NCBI GenBank assembly: GCA_951406725.2
Contig: OX597832.1
Span: 71,052,001-71,116,000, forward strand
Length of the DNA: 64,000 bases
Source of the DNA: Octopus vulgaris
Taxonomy: Eukaryota
Direction: 5' to 3'
Under the pieces are notes generated by a model. It did no database searches and was not told the origin of the DNA. It saw nothing but the letters and a program-made list of their open reading frames with translations. The translations under genes were made by a program, and so were the position numbers. Each line of letters opens with the position of its first letter. Positions within the stretch are counted from its first letter, which is position 1. This document shows, piece by piece, positions 24,201 to 37,429 of this stretch.

Positions 24201-25770
24201 GTGAACCAATGAGAGAGGTTCAGTGTTGTTGCTTTGGTAAATTATTGTGTAAGTTGCACAGCTTAAAAGGATGAACAACTCATTATCGTTTGGAGTTTGG
24301 AAGGAAGAGAGAGTCTTCCCCACGAGGAATTCACTATTGTAGTAAATGTTTGAACCCGGTCTCCATCAGCCACATGAACTTCACTTCTCTGGGAATGTAT
24401 GATGATGGCTACGATTGCAGCACTTTTTTCCCCTAATTCAATTACATTTAATCGTTTTGGTACCGACACCGCCATGAACACCCCTGAGCCCTTTCTGGCT
24501 CTCTACCACAAACATATTTTAAAACGATCTAAACCAAAATCCTCCATCAAAATCTCATCGCATGTTTCGTTTTAATAACAACGAATTTGTTTTACTAAAT
24601 TCTGCAGATATGGCCGAGTGGTTAAGAAGCTCGCCTTACAACCGCATGGATTCGGGTTCAGTTCCACTGCGCAATACCGGGGGGGGGGAGTGTCTTCTAT
24701 TATAGCATCGAGCCAACCATCGAGCCTTGTGAATTTGGTAGAAGGAAACTGCTTGGAAACCTGTCGTATAAATGTGTGCATGTATGTTTATGTGCATCCA
24801 TCCCCCATTGCTTGACAACTGGTGGCGGTTTGTTTACATCCCCGATTCGATAAAATAAACCAATAAAATTAGTACCTGTCTTTAAAAATCCTAAGTGTTG
24901 ATTTTTATGACCACAGAGAAATGACTGAAATAAATTTTAAAAAGATATCATTTTCAGAATCGGAACAAAAGCTGTGTATTTCAAAAGAGATATGAAAACC
25001 TGGAGTAAAAGTAACCGAATGTCTTTGAATGCCTTAATATTCCTGGTGGAACGATTCCCTCACTTGTCTGATCTTTCTTATGACAGTGATACATCTCCGT
25101 CTGTATCAATCAATGATCGAATTATTGAATTACCATGTGATAGGGGCATTTTACAGGTACATCTACCTTTAACATGAAAGCTTGAATAAGAGTGACGCAG
25201 TCCGTGAGTAAATTGGACTCTTAAATTACAACCATCATGTAGGCTTCCATTTAGTTTCCGTCTATGAAATTTCATTTCCAATGTTTGGATCGAACTGCGG
25301 CAAAGGTAAAAGACACTTGCTAAAGATGTCAAATAGGTGGATTTATCCTAAGACCTTATAATTTGAAAGCGTGCTTATGGACGATTCGTTCAAATGTCTT
25401 TCTGATTATAAAATAGGCATGAAAATGTGGGTTGAGGGAAATTTGGCTGCTATTTCAAGTAAGCCAAGTAACTGCATTAAGCTCTGTCTTTGTCGATCCA
25501 CGTTATTTATATTTTAAGATTATATATCTTGGAAAAATTATCTTCGTAACTATTCAAATATTTTTTTACCTTTTCTGTTTTTAAATTTACAAAATGCTGA
25601 AAGCTTGAAGAAGAATATAATTAGCGATCAGGTTTCAAATGTTTATCGTTATTTTGAATCTTTAAATTGAAAAAAATAAGGGATCAATAAATTTACAGTG
25701 TTTGTGGAGCATGAAAATAACTTTATGGAATACACCCGTATATCAAAATTTGAAATCCTTGCTTTAAATA

Positions 25771-25819
<49 letters not shown>

Positions 25820-27321
25820 GGTCACATGTTCAGAACTACTTAAACTTCAACACAAAGCTTCTAAATCAGAACTAAATCTATTCTTGAGACAGTCATGTAT
25901 AAAACATTGCTATATAAGCCATTAAAGGAGTCTCTATCTGACTGGTCACCGAGTTAAAAAGAGCAACCAAGTGACCCTTCAAGTGGCCCTTCGAGCATCT
26001 TGAAAAGAGAACGACATATTGGATGATGTAGTCCTAGACACAAAATACCCGAGAGAGAGACAAGGTCATGTTTGGGGCGCTTTTGATAATGGACCGACTA
26101 GTCCGACCCAAATCTACTCAATCACCAATAACCCATAAAATAGAGCCAGATATTTTGGCAGGGAAGGAGAGAAGTTCTGCAACCGATTGTATCGACCCCG
26201 AAAAGAGGAGACATAAAGTAGACTAGACTTTGGTATGATTTTAAATTGGAACATAAAAGATCGTCTGAGTTCAAATCTTGTTCCAAAGAGCCAGAAATGT
26301 CGAGTGGAAGAGATTAGACTGGTGCTTTATTTTATCAACACCAAAAGAGGAAAGGCAAAGTTGACCTTGGTAGGATTTGAACTCAGATTGTAAAGAGCCT
26401 AAAGAAATATTTCAAAGCATTTTGTTAATTCATTGTCCAATTTGGGAATGAGACCAGCAGTTCTGAGGGGAGGAGCAAGTCGATTCCGTCGACTCGAGTA
26501 CTTGAGTGCTCCTTCATTTTATTGACTCATAAAAGGATGGAAAGTAAAGTTGGTCTTTGGCAGGATTGGAACTCAGAAAGTAAAGAGCCGGAAGAAATGC
26601 CACTTAGCATTTTGTCCAATACGCTAACGATTTTGCTAGCTTGCTTCATGATCCAAACCGTGAAATAACAAGAGACTACTAATGAATATCCATTTTTTTC
26701 TTACTCCTTCCCCTTTCTAACTGGTTCTAACCAATAATTATATTTGACATTAAAAACTTATTTAAATCCATCGAGGTCCACTTTGCTTTTCATCTTTTCG
26801 AGGTCAATGAAATAAGCAACAGCTATGCATTGGCATCGATGAAGTCAATTTACCTCTTCCCCGAAATTTCAGGACTTGCTCCTAAATTAGAAACGATTGG
26901 AAAGGGTTTAAAATATATTTGAATGAACAACAAAAAGGAGAAAAAGGAAGAAAAAAAACATTTATTCAATATTTCAACTTTATCATGACCACATTGTGAC
27001 CCGAAAAATTATTTAGAAACATTAAGTGTAAACAACTCTAACGACCAAAACCAAAAGATAATGAAACGAAATCTTCTGCACAGCACACAGTCGCTTCTTA
27101 TAGTCTTTCAAAAAACAATATGAGACATTCGAGATTGTAATCCTAGATATGCTAACTCTGAAAATGAAAAAAGAAAAAGTAAGATATTGGACACAGCTGG
27201 AGCACTTTAGATAGTAGGTTCTTTTTTTTTTATTTCTTTGTTTAGTAAGTTAAACCTGGAGCGAAGACAGCAACGAGATATACCTCATTGTTTTCCCTTG
27301 TCAAATATAATGGGTTGTTTC

Positions 27322-27372
<51 letters not shown>

Positions 27373-27922
27373 ATTTTCTCTTTTTTTCCCCACAAAACAA
27401 TTTCGTCGTGAAAGACTGGAATTACCTGAGTTTATATTGGCTACTTTAACAAAACTGAAAATAAACAGTAGTCATTATCATTTTGTGTTCAAAACATAGT
27501 GGGAAACAGAATATTAGTGAACGAGGTAATGTAAACGCTTTCGATTTAATGCTGATTTTAAGATGAAAGACGAAATCCTTCATATACTTCATTCTAAGGG
27601 GACCCCAGTGAGGATTTCACCGTCGTAGTACCCCACCATCAGCCCATGAACTTAGCGCGTACCAGACTTACTGACTTTTTTACTTGTTTCAGTCATTCGA
27701 CTGTGGCCATGCTGGGGTACTACCTTCACGAATTTAATCAAACAAATGGGCCCTGATAGTTATGTTATATTTTAAAGTTTGGCACTAATTATGTTGTCAT
27801 ATTTGCCAAACCGCTATGTTATAGGGATGTAAACAAACAAACACCAGTTATCAAGCGGTGAGGGGATTCATACATAAAGACTCATACACACATACAGCCA
27901 CACACTTATACACACATACATT

Positions 27923-27986
<64 letters not shown>

Positions 27987-28201
27987 ACAATTAGTTGGTT
28001 GTCATATTTTATTTATAGATAAATTCCTCTATTTTACATAATATCGAGGTCTCATTCTTTTGTTGTCATATTATTATTAATATAGCCTGGTGCAGCCTTC
28101 TGGCTTCCCAGACCCCAGTCGAACCGTCCAACCCATGCTAGCATGGAAAACGGGCGTTAAACGATGATGATGATGATATATATATAAATCAAAGTATACA
28201 G

Positions 28202-28419
28202 TGTTATGTGTAGTTTGGGTTCTAATAGGATAGACAACCAAAAGAAAGCCATTGTTATTGTTAACGTGTTTATTTACTATTCATGTTACACGGACTCGAC
28301 ATTCAGCGTAGTGATACATAATATACTTTACATACAGTTTGTACTATTCACTAACAAAATAGTTCCAAGAGTGGGGATGTAATCTTTGCACGTATACACA
28401 TAGATATGAATGTGTAACA
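28202..28419 (-). repeat. 3' LTR
   Basis: tgttatgtg...tgtgtaaca; 5 mismatches to the 5' LTR counted by eye. Confidence 0.95.
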
Positions 28420-28432
28420 TCCCTTCTTCTTG
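28420..28432 (-). promoter_or_regulatory. Polypurine tract
   Basis: Minus strand aagaagaaggga directly before the 3' LTR. Confidence 0.85.
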
Positions 28433-28604
28433 AAAAAATAAAGGGGTCTTTTGGCAGTGAAGACAATATAAGTAGTCTCCCTTACTCTAATGGATTGTCA
28501 GCCTGAGGTGGCAATCCTGCAGCAGAAATCGTGAGATTATTCTGCCTCTGCTTTGTAGTCTAGCTGAATTAGTTACTTATCTTTTCATTTTCTCTTTTCT
28601 TTCT

Positions 28605-30962
28605 TTAACGGTATCGAACCGATGGCAGAATGTTCTTTCTCCATCTGGTGGATCTTGTGCTTCGCACCGGTGTCTGAGGTGTGTTGTTGGGCTGCTGATA
28701 GGTGGTTGGTGCCCATTGGGGTGATGATTCTGTAGGTATTGTCACTGATGCAGCAGGTGTTGTACACGTTGTCCACGACAGCTTTGGTGTTGGGCGGATG
28801 TGGGCCCTGTTGTGTCTCAGCTGCCTACCAGATTCCGTTTCTATTATATATGATCTTGGAGTTTCAGCCCTATTGACAACCTCTGCTGGTATCCATGTTT
28901 TAGTTATGGGATCTTGAGTATGCACATGTCCTCCAAGTATCTCAGGTAAATATGGTGCATGTTTGTTGTAATACCTCTGTGATTGTTCTTGAGTGGCTGC
29001 TAGCGTTGCCCTTGTCTCTTCCTGGTCAATAGGAGGTTGGATCTTAGTTGGCAAGGTAGTTTTGTACTTCCTGCCATTCAGCAATTCTTCTGGGGATTTC
29101 ATATCAGCTCTCAGTGGTGTCGCTCGTAGGGACAGAAGTGCCAGGTGTGGGTCTTCCTTAGTCTCTCGGCATTTGACTTGTGTTCTCTTCACTGTCTGCA
29201 CCTGTCTTTCTATAAACCCATGACCTTTGGGGTAGTGTGGAGAGGAGGTTGTGATATTGAACCCATACTCATCGGCTAGCTTTTTGAATTCTTGTGATGT
29301 GAACTGGGTTCCATTGTCACATATGATCTGCTCTGGTATTCCTTGCTCAGCTAGAAGTCCTCGAGCCACTGTAGTGATTGTTTTGGCTCTCAGGTCTTTC
29401 ACTTTTCTCACAAATGGAAATTTGGAGTAGTAGCAGGCCATTATCAAATACCATTCTTGGCCCTCTGTGAACAGATCTACTCCAATAGTTTGCCATGGCC
29501 TTCTTGGGATGTCACTAGATATCATTTCCTCCTTTCGTTGTGAGTTTCTGTACTTTTGACAGATGTGGCATGTAGAAACTGTCTTTTCTATGTCTTTGTA
29601 CATGCCTACCCAATATACTGCTGACTTGGCTCGGAGCTTGCATTTCTCCATCCCTAGATGCCCTTGGTGGATCTCGTCAAGGATCTCCTTTTGCATTGAC
29701 TTGGGTATAATGATTCGGGATCCAGCCATCAGGATTCCATTCTCCACTAATATATCATCATGGATGCCCCAATATTCACGAATTAGGGGATGCACCTGAT
29801 ATCTCTTTTCTGGCCACCTCTGAATCACCATCTGAGTAAGGAGCTGAAGTTCTTCATCCTTGCTGGTCTCTTCTTTAATTTCCGCTAGCTTTGTGGTTGT
29901 CACATTTACAATGTGGTGGACCTTTATGCTTAGTCCTTCCATCTCATGTTTATCATGTGATGATAGTCTGGAAAGAGCATCCGCCAATATCAGGTCTTTT
30001 CCTGGCTTGTACCTGATGTCATAGTCGTATGTTTGAAGCCTTAGTAGTAATCTTTGCAGTCTGGTTGGTGCTTTTGTCAGGTTTTTTCTATGTATTTGTT
30101 CTAGCGGGCGATGGTCTGTTTCTATATTGAAATGTCTGCCATACAGGTATGTATGGAACTTTTCACATCCATATACTACTGCCAGGAGTTCCCTTTCAAT
30201 ATTTGCGTACCTTATCTCTGTGGGTGAGAGAGCTTTCGAGGCATATGCAATGGGTTTACCTTCCTGTATCAGTGCTGCGCCAACTCCTCTCATAGAAGCA
30301 TCGACTTGGAGTGTTACTGGTTTGCGTCTGTCATAGTATTGCTGCAGAGTTGTCTTCTTACTGGTGAGCTTTTTGATTGTTTTGAAATCCTGTGCGTGTG
30401 AAGCACACCAATCAAACTCTACGTCATCTTTGTTTAGTTCTCGGAGATTTGCAGTGTGATCGGCCAGCTTGGGTATGAAGGCTCCCATGTAGTTGATGAG
30501 TCCCAAGAAGCTCCTGAGTTCCATCCTGTCTTTAGGATCTTTAATGTCTCTCATGGCTTCCACTTTAGCGGGGTCTGGTTTAACTCCCTCTGCAGAGTAT
30601 ATAATTCCAAAGAATTTGCACTCCTCTGCTTTTACCACACGTTTGGCTGCATTGAGTTTGATGCCTGCTTGTCGGGTTCGCTCCATAGCTTCATGTAAAT
30701 TGAAGTCATGTGTGGTCTCATCCTTGCCATGCACTTGGATGTCATCTGCTATTCCAATTGCTCCCTTGCAGCCTTGGTAGGTCTCATCTATTTGGCGCTG
30801 GAAAATATCTTGGCTCACCTTCAATCCAAATGGGAGTCGGTTGAATCGATATCTGCCAAATGGTGTGTTGAAGGTAGTGAGCATGGATGACTCTTCGTCT
30901 ATCTTTATATTCCAGTACGCATTACTGGCATCCAGTTTGCTGAATAATTTGGATCCAGCCAA
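28605..30962 (-). CDS. Gypsy Pol: RT (C-terminal part), RNase H and integrase
   Basis: FSKLDASNAYW, RLPFGL, IADD, VDAS, ERELLAVV, TDHRPL, ADALSR, HxxH...CxxC, GVDLF, DNGTQF and GFIER. The RT N-terminus is frameshifted into ORF 30979..31290. Confidence 0.93.
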   Translation of the reverse strand: MAGSKLFSKLDASNAYWNIKIDEESSMLTTFNTPFGRYRFNRLPFGLKVSQDIFQRQIDETYQGCKGAIGIADDIQVHGKDETTHDFNLHEAMERTRQAGIKLNAAKRVVKAEECKFFGIIYSAEGVKPDPAKVEAMRDIKDPKDRMELRSFLGLINYMGAFIPKLADHTANLRELNKDDVEFDWCASHAQDFKTIKKLTSKKTTLQQYYDRRKPVTLQVDASMRGVGAALIQEGKPIAYASKALSPTEIRYANIERELLAVVYGCEKFHTYLYGRHFNIETDHRPLEQIHRKNLTKAPTRLQRLLLRLQTYDYDIRYKPGKDLILADALSRLSSHDKHEMEGLSIKVHHIVNVTTTKLAEIKEETSKDEELQLLTQMVIQRWPEKRYQVHPLIREYWGIHDDILVENGILMAGSRIIIPKSMQKEILDEIHQGHLGMEKCKLRAKSAVYWVGMYKDIEKTVSTCHICQKYRNSQRKEEMISSDIPRRPWQTIGVDLFTEGQEWYLIMACYYSKFPFVRKVKDLRAKTITTVARGLLAEQGIPEQIICDNGTQFTSQEFKKLADEYGFNITTSSPHYPKGHGFIERQVQTVKRTQVKCRETKEDPHLALLSLRATPLRADMKSPEELLNGRKYKTTLPTKIQPPIDQEETRATLAATQEQSQRYYNKHAPYLPEILGGHVHTQDPITKTWIPAEVVNRAETPRSYIIETESGRQLRHNRAHIRPTPKLSWTTCTTPAASVTIPTESSPQWAPTTYQQPNNTPQTPVRSTRSTRWRKNILPSVRYR

Positions 30963-31295
30963 TGATGGTGTGATTTCTTCAAGGGTTGGAATTGGATGGT
31001 GCTATCTTTTTAATGCTTTGTTCAGGTCCCTTGGGTCGAGGCATATCCGTAGGGTACCATTGGGTTTTTCCTTGATTACAATTGAATTCACCCAGTCTGT
31101 TGGTTGTATCACTTTGGTGATTATTTCTTTTTTTTTCCATTCTGTCCAACTCTGTCTTCAGCTTCTCTTTTAGTTCTAGAGGGACGCGGCGAGGTGGGTG
31201 AACAATTGGTTTGATATTGGGGTCGACTGTTATATGATATCGACATTTCACAAAGCACCCGACTGTGTCGTCAAAGCATTCAGGGTACATGCTTA

Positions 31296-32623
31296 TCAGT
31301 TCCTCTTTGTGATTTGTGGTCGATCTTTGATAGGCATATCACTGTCAATCCTGCTCGGAGTTGCCTTCACTTCACCATTGATTGACACAATATTTAGCTT
31401 TTTGCAGGTATTGAGTCCAAGAATTGCTGGGCCTTCTGTTCTTGTGACATAAAAAGAACACTTGATTGTTTTTCCTTTGTGTGTCCCTGTGATAGTTGTT
31501 TTGCCCAGTTGTGGAATCCTGGTACCTCCGTACGCAGTGAGGATTACATCACTTCGTGTGAGGATTCCTTCTTTGACTTTATCCTCTTGTGTCATGTGTT
31601 CTGGGAACATCTTTTTGTAGAGGTTGACAGGTAAGATATCACTCTGGGCTCCAGTGTCAATCTTTAGCCTTAAGTCTATGTTTATTTGTTTCCTGCCAGA
31701 CTTCTTTTGTATTCTTATTGTCGTGTATGCCTCATCTTCTTTCTTCCGGTCGTCCTTTCCCATCTCATGCACATTTATTGTGCCGACTGCCAAGAATTCC
31801 TCCCCTGAGGTGTTTTGCTCCTGTTGTTGTGCATGTATATCTATTCTTCTATTTCCGCTCCTCTTTGAAAATTGGGGCTTGTATTTCTGGGATTTTGTTA
31901 ACCTACACATTTTTTCCCAGTGGTTAAGTTTCCCACGTGCTTTGCAGTGTGTACCGAATGCAGGACATTTCTTTCGGTTATTGAGTTCATGCTCCATACC
32001 ACAGTACTGGCATGTTCTTTGTTTGCGGGTATGTGTCCTGTGCCTAGATACAATACACTGCTGCCTAGTGAGCTTGTTTGTAAGCTAAGTGAGGCCATTT
32101 GTTTGGTAGTAGCTTCGAATGCTCTTGCAGTGTCTACTGCTTCTATCAACTGGAGAGCGTCCTTATCTATGAGGGATTTCTGAACTTCCTTATGAGCACA
32201 CACCCATATAAAGTGATCAACGATTCTTTCGTCCTTATCTTTGAATTTGCATTTTTCGGCAACATTCTTTAGTCTGGACAGGAAATTGTCAATCGTTTCT
32301 TGTGGGTCTTGTTTCAGACCCTGGAATTCGTGTCTGTGAATTCTATGGTTCGATCTGAGCTCTAGGTGCCTTTCGAATTTCTTCAAAAGTGTGTCTGGGT
32401 TATTGCAGTCCGATTCTGACATATCCCAGCTATTGAATAGGTCTATTCCTTTATTGCCTGACCATAAAAGGATATAGCTTACCTTCTCATCAGTTGTGCC
32501 TTTCAGGAAACTTTTGAAAGCTAGTTGAGTTTTCTGTTTGAATTTTTTAAATGCTTCTACATCAACGGAATCCCAATTCATAATCGGATGTAGATTCATC
32601 TGTACGGCGACGGGAGTCGCCAT
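31296..32623 (-). pseudogene. Gypsy gag plus aspartic protease, frameshifted
   Basis: ORF 31898..32623 is gag-like. ORF 31296..31997 has the CPAFGTHCKAxGKLNHWEKMC knuckle and the IDTGAQ...ILGL protease motifs. Confidence 0.88.
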
Positions 32624-32731
32624 CTTGGATCGTCGTGTATGTTGTCCGAAGACGAAGCGATGTCCTGTTTGTTAAATTCCTCGTTCGTTGTGTTTCTGTT
32701 TTGTTGTAAAAGGCACAGTTTCCGATTAATT

Positions 32732-32749
32732 ATCCCACCGCTGCCACCA
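32732..32749 (-). promoter_or_regulatory. Primer-binding site complementary to the 3' end of tRNA-Leu
   Basis: Plus strand atcccaccgctgccacca equals the 3' 18 nt of tRNA-Leu(AAG-type) including CCA, and abuts the 5' LTR. Confidence 0.85.
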
Positions 32750-32967
32750 TGTTATGTGTAGTTTGGGTTCTAATAGGATAGACAACCAAATGAAAGCCAT
32801 TGTTATTGTTAACGTGTTTATTTACTATTCATGTTACACGGACTCGACATTCAGCGTAGTGATACATAATACATTTTACATACAGTTTGTACTATTCATT
32901 AACAAAATAGTGCCAAGAGTGGGGATGTAATCTTTGCACGTATACACATAGATATGAATGTGTAACA
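32750..32967 (-). repeat. 5' LTR
   Basis: Direct repeat of 28202-28419. Confidence 0.95.
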
Positions 32968-35006
32968 TACAGCATTATTGATATATAAAACCACTACAGT
33001 CAATGTTATCAATGTGTTTTTGCACCGGATCTTAGGTAACTGGATGGTTATCTAATATCTGTGCTCATTAGAGATGTCTGGTATGAAAAAATGATGATTG
33101 CTCTCTGTTACAGAGGGTGAGGGAGTTACATCCAGTTTGTGTGTCCAGTGAAAAAAACGAAATAAAGTCACAGGAAGCAATTTTCAAAGGATGTGGAGGT
33201 TGTAGCTTTTATAATCAAGGTGGAACCCGTAATAAAACTTCCACCAGCGTCCTTCCACCATCACGCCCTGAGAACCTGGCAAAGTTTTAAACAAGATCTA
33301 CACATGGGTGGGGTGGGGGGTAACAGATTTGGGCGTGTCCTATATCCGTTCAAAAACACCTACACACATTTCAACCCTGTACACATGTTAACCTCTCCAA
33401 ATCCACTCCCTGCACACATATGAGCCCAACACACTTTTACTGCACCACATTCACTCAGGCTTTTTGTGGGAATGAACTTAACTTTTGATATATTCCTCAA
33501 AAATTTCTCCTGTCTTTTTCACAGCATCCACAAACCGGATGTGACATTTTTCACCTTTAGTAACAGAAAGCACCTAACATTTTTTGCCATATCTTCCATC
33601 TCTGGCAAGCACAGTATCTACATAATCGCTCAGTTACCTAATATTCAGTGCAAAATCCGACTGGTAGAATAAGCTGTAATGGATCTATAATACTGTATGC
33701 TTTGACTGAATCCATTCTGTTGACAAATGTACCAGTTCCTATTTTTTCTGCCTTATGGATCCTCATACGAATATACATACATACATACACATTCGCACGC
33801 ACACACACACACACATACACGTATATGCGATAGGATTCCATACAGTTTCCGTCTAGCAAATTCACTCACAAGCCATTGGTCGACCTGGGGCTATAGCAGA
33901 AAACTTTAGCCTGAAATTCTGCACAGAAGAACTGATTCATAAGAATGCAGTTTTGAAGCAGACTTCTTAACCGCATGACTATGTCTGCACCGAGATTTTT
34001 TTACTTTTTTTTCTGTATTAATGTAATTAATAAGGTGCAATTCCTGTAGTTCACTGAATCTATTGCTTAAAGCAGTTGCATAAACGATTAGCAAAATTCC
34101 GGAGTTATATTAAAATATTATTCACACACCTGTATGTTTTCACATTTACATAGTTTTATGTGGAAGGAACCATTTGATTAAGAAAACTAAGAATCCAAAA
34201 TAAAAGGTTTTAAGAACTCCATCAAAATTGTATTGGCTTCGAACTTAAATTTTTCTGCTCTTAAAAAACAGATTTTATCCTATATATGCTGTTCTGACAG
34301 TATTTACGCATTGAAAAATATATCCTTCTACTTGTTTTAAATCTTATTGTTATATAAGATACATTAAGAAAATAGCAAAAATTTCACAGACAGCCATTTT
34401 GAAATCATCCACTCTGACAGTGCTGCTGAGAGCCCCGTACTCCATTAGTGATGCCAGAGGAATAAATGTGGAATAAATGTGTTAATACTTAATGGTATAT
34501 AATATTATTACAAGATGCTATAAAAAGAGTGAGAGAGTTTGAAAAGAAAGAAAGACAGAGAGAACTTAATTACAATTAGGAAAGAGAAGCAGTTTGTAGA
34601 TTTTCATTGCAATTCTGCTTCTGCTGCTCACTCACCCCTTATTTGACGTTTGATCCCTGTCTGCCGTGCAAAATGTAAAAATACGCACTAGAAATTATTA
34701 TCGGTGAAAGTGTGTGTGTATGCTTTATATGACTGTCACAGCATCTTCGATACTATAAGAGTATCAGTGTCCAAGTTGTAGATGGATGAGAAAATTTATT
34801 AACAACATACAATCAACACCCATGGACGTTCCACGGTTATTCTGGAAATTGTCTGATGCAATTATATATTTTTCAGAAGCATTTGGTATTTGCGATGGAA
34901 TCTCTGAATACTACATTCTTATGTCTTCTACATGGAGTTGTTAACAATTATTCTTCACACTGTATTTACTGTTATAACATTTTCCACTTCCACGTTCCTT
35001 TTCGTT

Positions 35007-35069
<63 letters not shown>

Positions 35070-36001
35070 CAACTATACCACATCTGTGCTAAACACGTAC
35101 TGTTCCTCCCTCTTTTTCCTTCTACTTCTTCCTTTAACACTTTAACCATATAACATAACAGGAGTCTATTTCTTCTACCTCTCTCCACTAATACTCTTCT
35201 CTTTCTCCATTTTGGTCCACCTCTCTCATCACTTTCTCTCTCTTCGCTTCCCCCTTCAATTAACCATGAGACAGCGACACAAGATTGCTCTTAAAATATA
35301 TAAAATATATTAATAAACTCTGATACATTGTAAAGAACAAAGAATGTTTGTTAGCATGGGGAAGGTGTAAGAGAGATAGATCCTCATTAATAAGATCACA
35401 AGCTGTGCCGAAAGAAATTTGACAAGCTAATTAATCATATATTTACTTATTTTTTGTTTGTTTACCAACAAATTAAGTAATTAATTGATATCAAAACTGA
35501 GGAGAAATACCACTACTTTGTTTTCGTTGGTAGCTCAATCCTCGTGAAGTAAAATTATTGCAAAATTAAACTGTCATTATTTGTGTAATTAAATAGAGAG
35601 AAGTTTATTTAACAAAAATTGTTGTTTAATGGTGAGTCCAATAAACACTTCAATGTTTTAAGCTCAATAACAAGACAACGACAAACGAAAAACAATCCTT
35701 TACTATAAAGTCTCATCGGACTTACTATCCAGCATCTCTTACATTGAACTGGAAGATATGTTAAAGAGTCTTGACTGCCAAGTTGGCAGTCACATGATGT
35801 AAACCGCTTGTAATGTTGCAATACTATGGCAACGATGTCACATCTCACAGAAGCGACTCAGTTTAAATCTTTTCAATATTCGAAAACTTCCTCTAATGTC
35901 AATTGGTAATATTGGTATTTGGATCAGTTACCAAATCACTATTTTCTTTAATAAAATCTAGAATCTTATTTAAAGCTCGTGGGACTGATTCTACATTTTT
36001 G

Positions 36002-36363
36002 CTTGATTATAAAAGCTACAACCTCCACATCCTTTGAAAATTGCTTCCTGTGACTTTATTTCGTTTTTTTCATTGGACACACAAACTGGATGTAACTCCC
36101 TCACCCTCTGTAACAGAGAGCAATCATCATTTTTTCATACCAGACATCTCTAATGAGCACAGATATTAGATAACCATCCAGTTACCTAAGATCCGGTGCA
36201 AAAACACATTGATAACATTGACTGTAGTGGTTTTATATATCAATAATGCTGTATACTTTGATTTATATATATATATCATCATCATCATCGTTTAACGTCC
36301 GTTTTCCATGCTAGCATGGGTTGAACGGTTCGACTGGGGTCTGGGAAGCCAGATGGCTGCACC
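36002..36363. repeat. Inverted duplicate of the empty Gypsy insertion site (28089-28201 joined to 32973-33219)
   Basis: The reverse complement reads ...aatcaaagtaTACAGcattattgat... with a single TACAG and no LTR element. Confidence 0.95.
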
Positions 36364-37429
36364 TGCACGTGCAAACGGAAGCAGCGTATTGTAATCACTC
36401 GTCTTTGCTTGTATTTGCAAAATTACTGGAAAACGGCTTTTCACCAAATTTGGCAGAAATACTCATTGGGTGAGTAGCTCGAAATGATGAACATTTGGTT
36501 TGACTATCTTCAAACATGCATAAATGCATACACAGATATGCAACTCTGTGTGGGTGTGTATGTGTGTGTGTGTGTAGTGATGGATTCGAAGGTTACATTT
36601 ATTTACAAGTTGATTTCTTAATCTCACCGGAGTATAAATACCTAAAATGGGTATGCTTAAAAAAAAATTTTTTTTTTTCTTTTTACAAATTTCCCTCTTA
36701 GCAAGTGATCATATTATTTATATCCAGCAATGAACTACAGTTTGTTTGATTCACCTGCCATCATTGAAAGACGTGCAAAATACTTCTCTATTTTCTATAA
36801 GAATTTCATTTTGTTCACTTTCTTTTTCGTATGAATCGACCCATGTCTGCATGTATATAGATCATGGTATACCTGTGCACATAAAAACGTGTGAGTACAT
36901 ACATGCATAGATATGTGACTGTGTGTGTGTACAGTGATGGATTCAAGGGTTTCGTTTATTTATGAGTTGATTTCTTAATATCACCGTTCTAAGGCTTCTA
37001 ATCCTTCTTTTAGTCAAACACAAAACTTAATTCAATTCAATTAAAAAGCACGTGGAAACAACGCATTGTAAGCAACATTATAATCTGCGAAAAAATTTAT
37101 TTGCGTGCAGGGTATGCATCGCCCCTCCGATGCTTTTTTTTTTTTTCATTTGATCTGTGATACTTATTTCATATCCTGTTTAGCGATTATGGAACACAGC
37201 TCTATCATTTACTACTTGATATAAAAATCTAGCTTACTGTGATTCACTTTTTCTTATTGCATCAAAGCCAAGCTGAAGCTGTCGTTTCTTTTAGGTATTA
37301 TTAGTGATTGTATTACGCTGATCATCGAAGGAGACGGACTAATCTTCTTCAGTGAGGGACTGATTGATGACTCGAAAGCATACAGCTCAAATATACATCA
37401 ATAGAAATATTACTTATTACATATGTTTT

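Larger units (their letters stand above)
28202..32967 (-). mobile_element. Complete Ty3/Gypsy LTR retrotransposon, Mag-clade-like
   Basis: 218 bp TG...CA LTRs at 28202-28419 and 32750-32967, 5 bp TSD TACAG (28197-28201 and 32968-32972), PBS, PPT, and gag-PR-RT-RH-IN order. Confidence 0.97.

Noticed and set aside
24605-24680. tRNA-like sequence with A and B boxes
   Set aside because: It is the head of the abundant SINE, is followed by SINE body and has no full cloverleaf.
37315-37390. ...gactc-gaaa-gca-ta-cagc possible ribozyme 3' half
   Set aside because: No correctly placed CUGANGA box.
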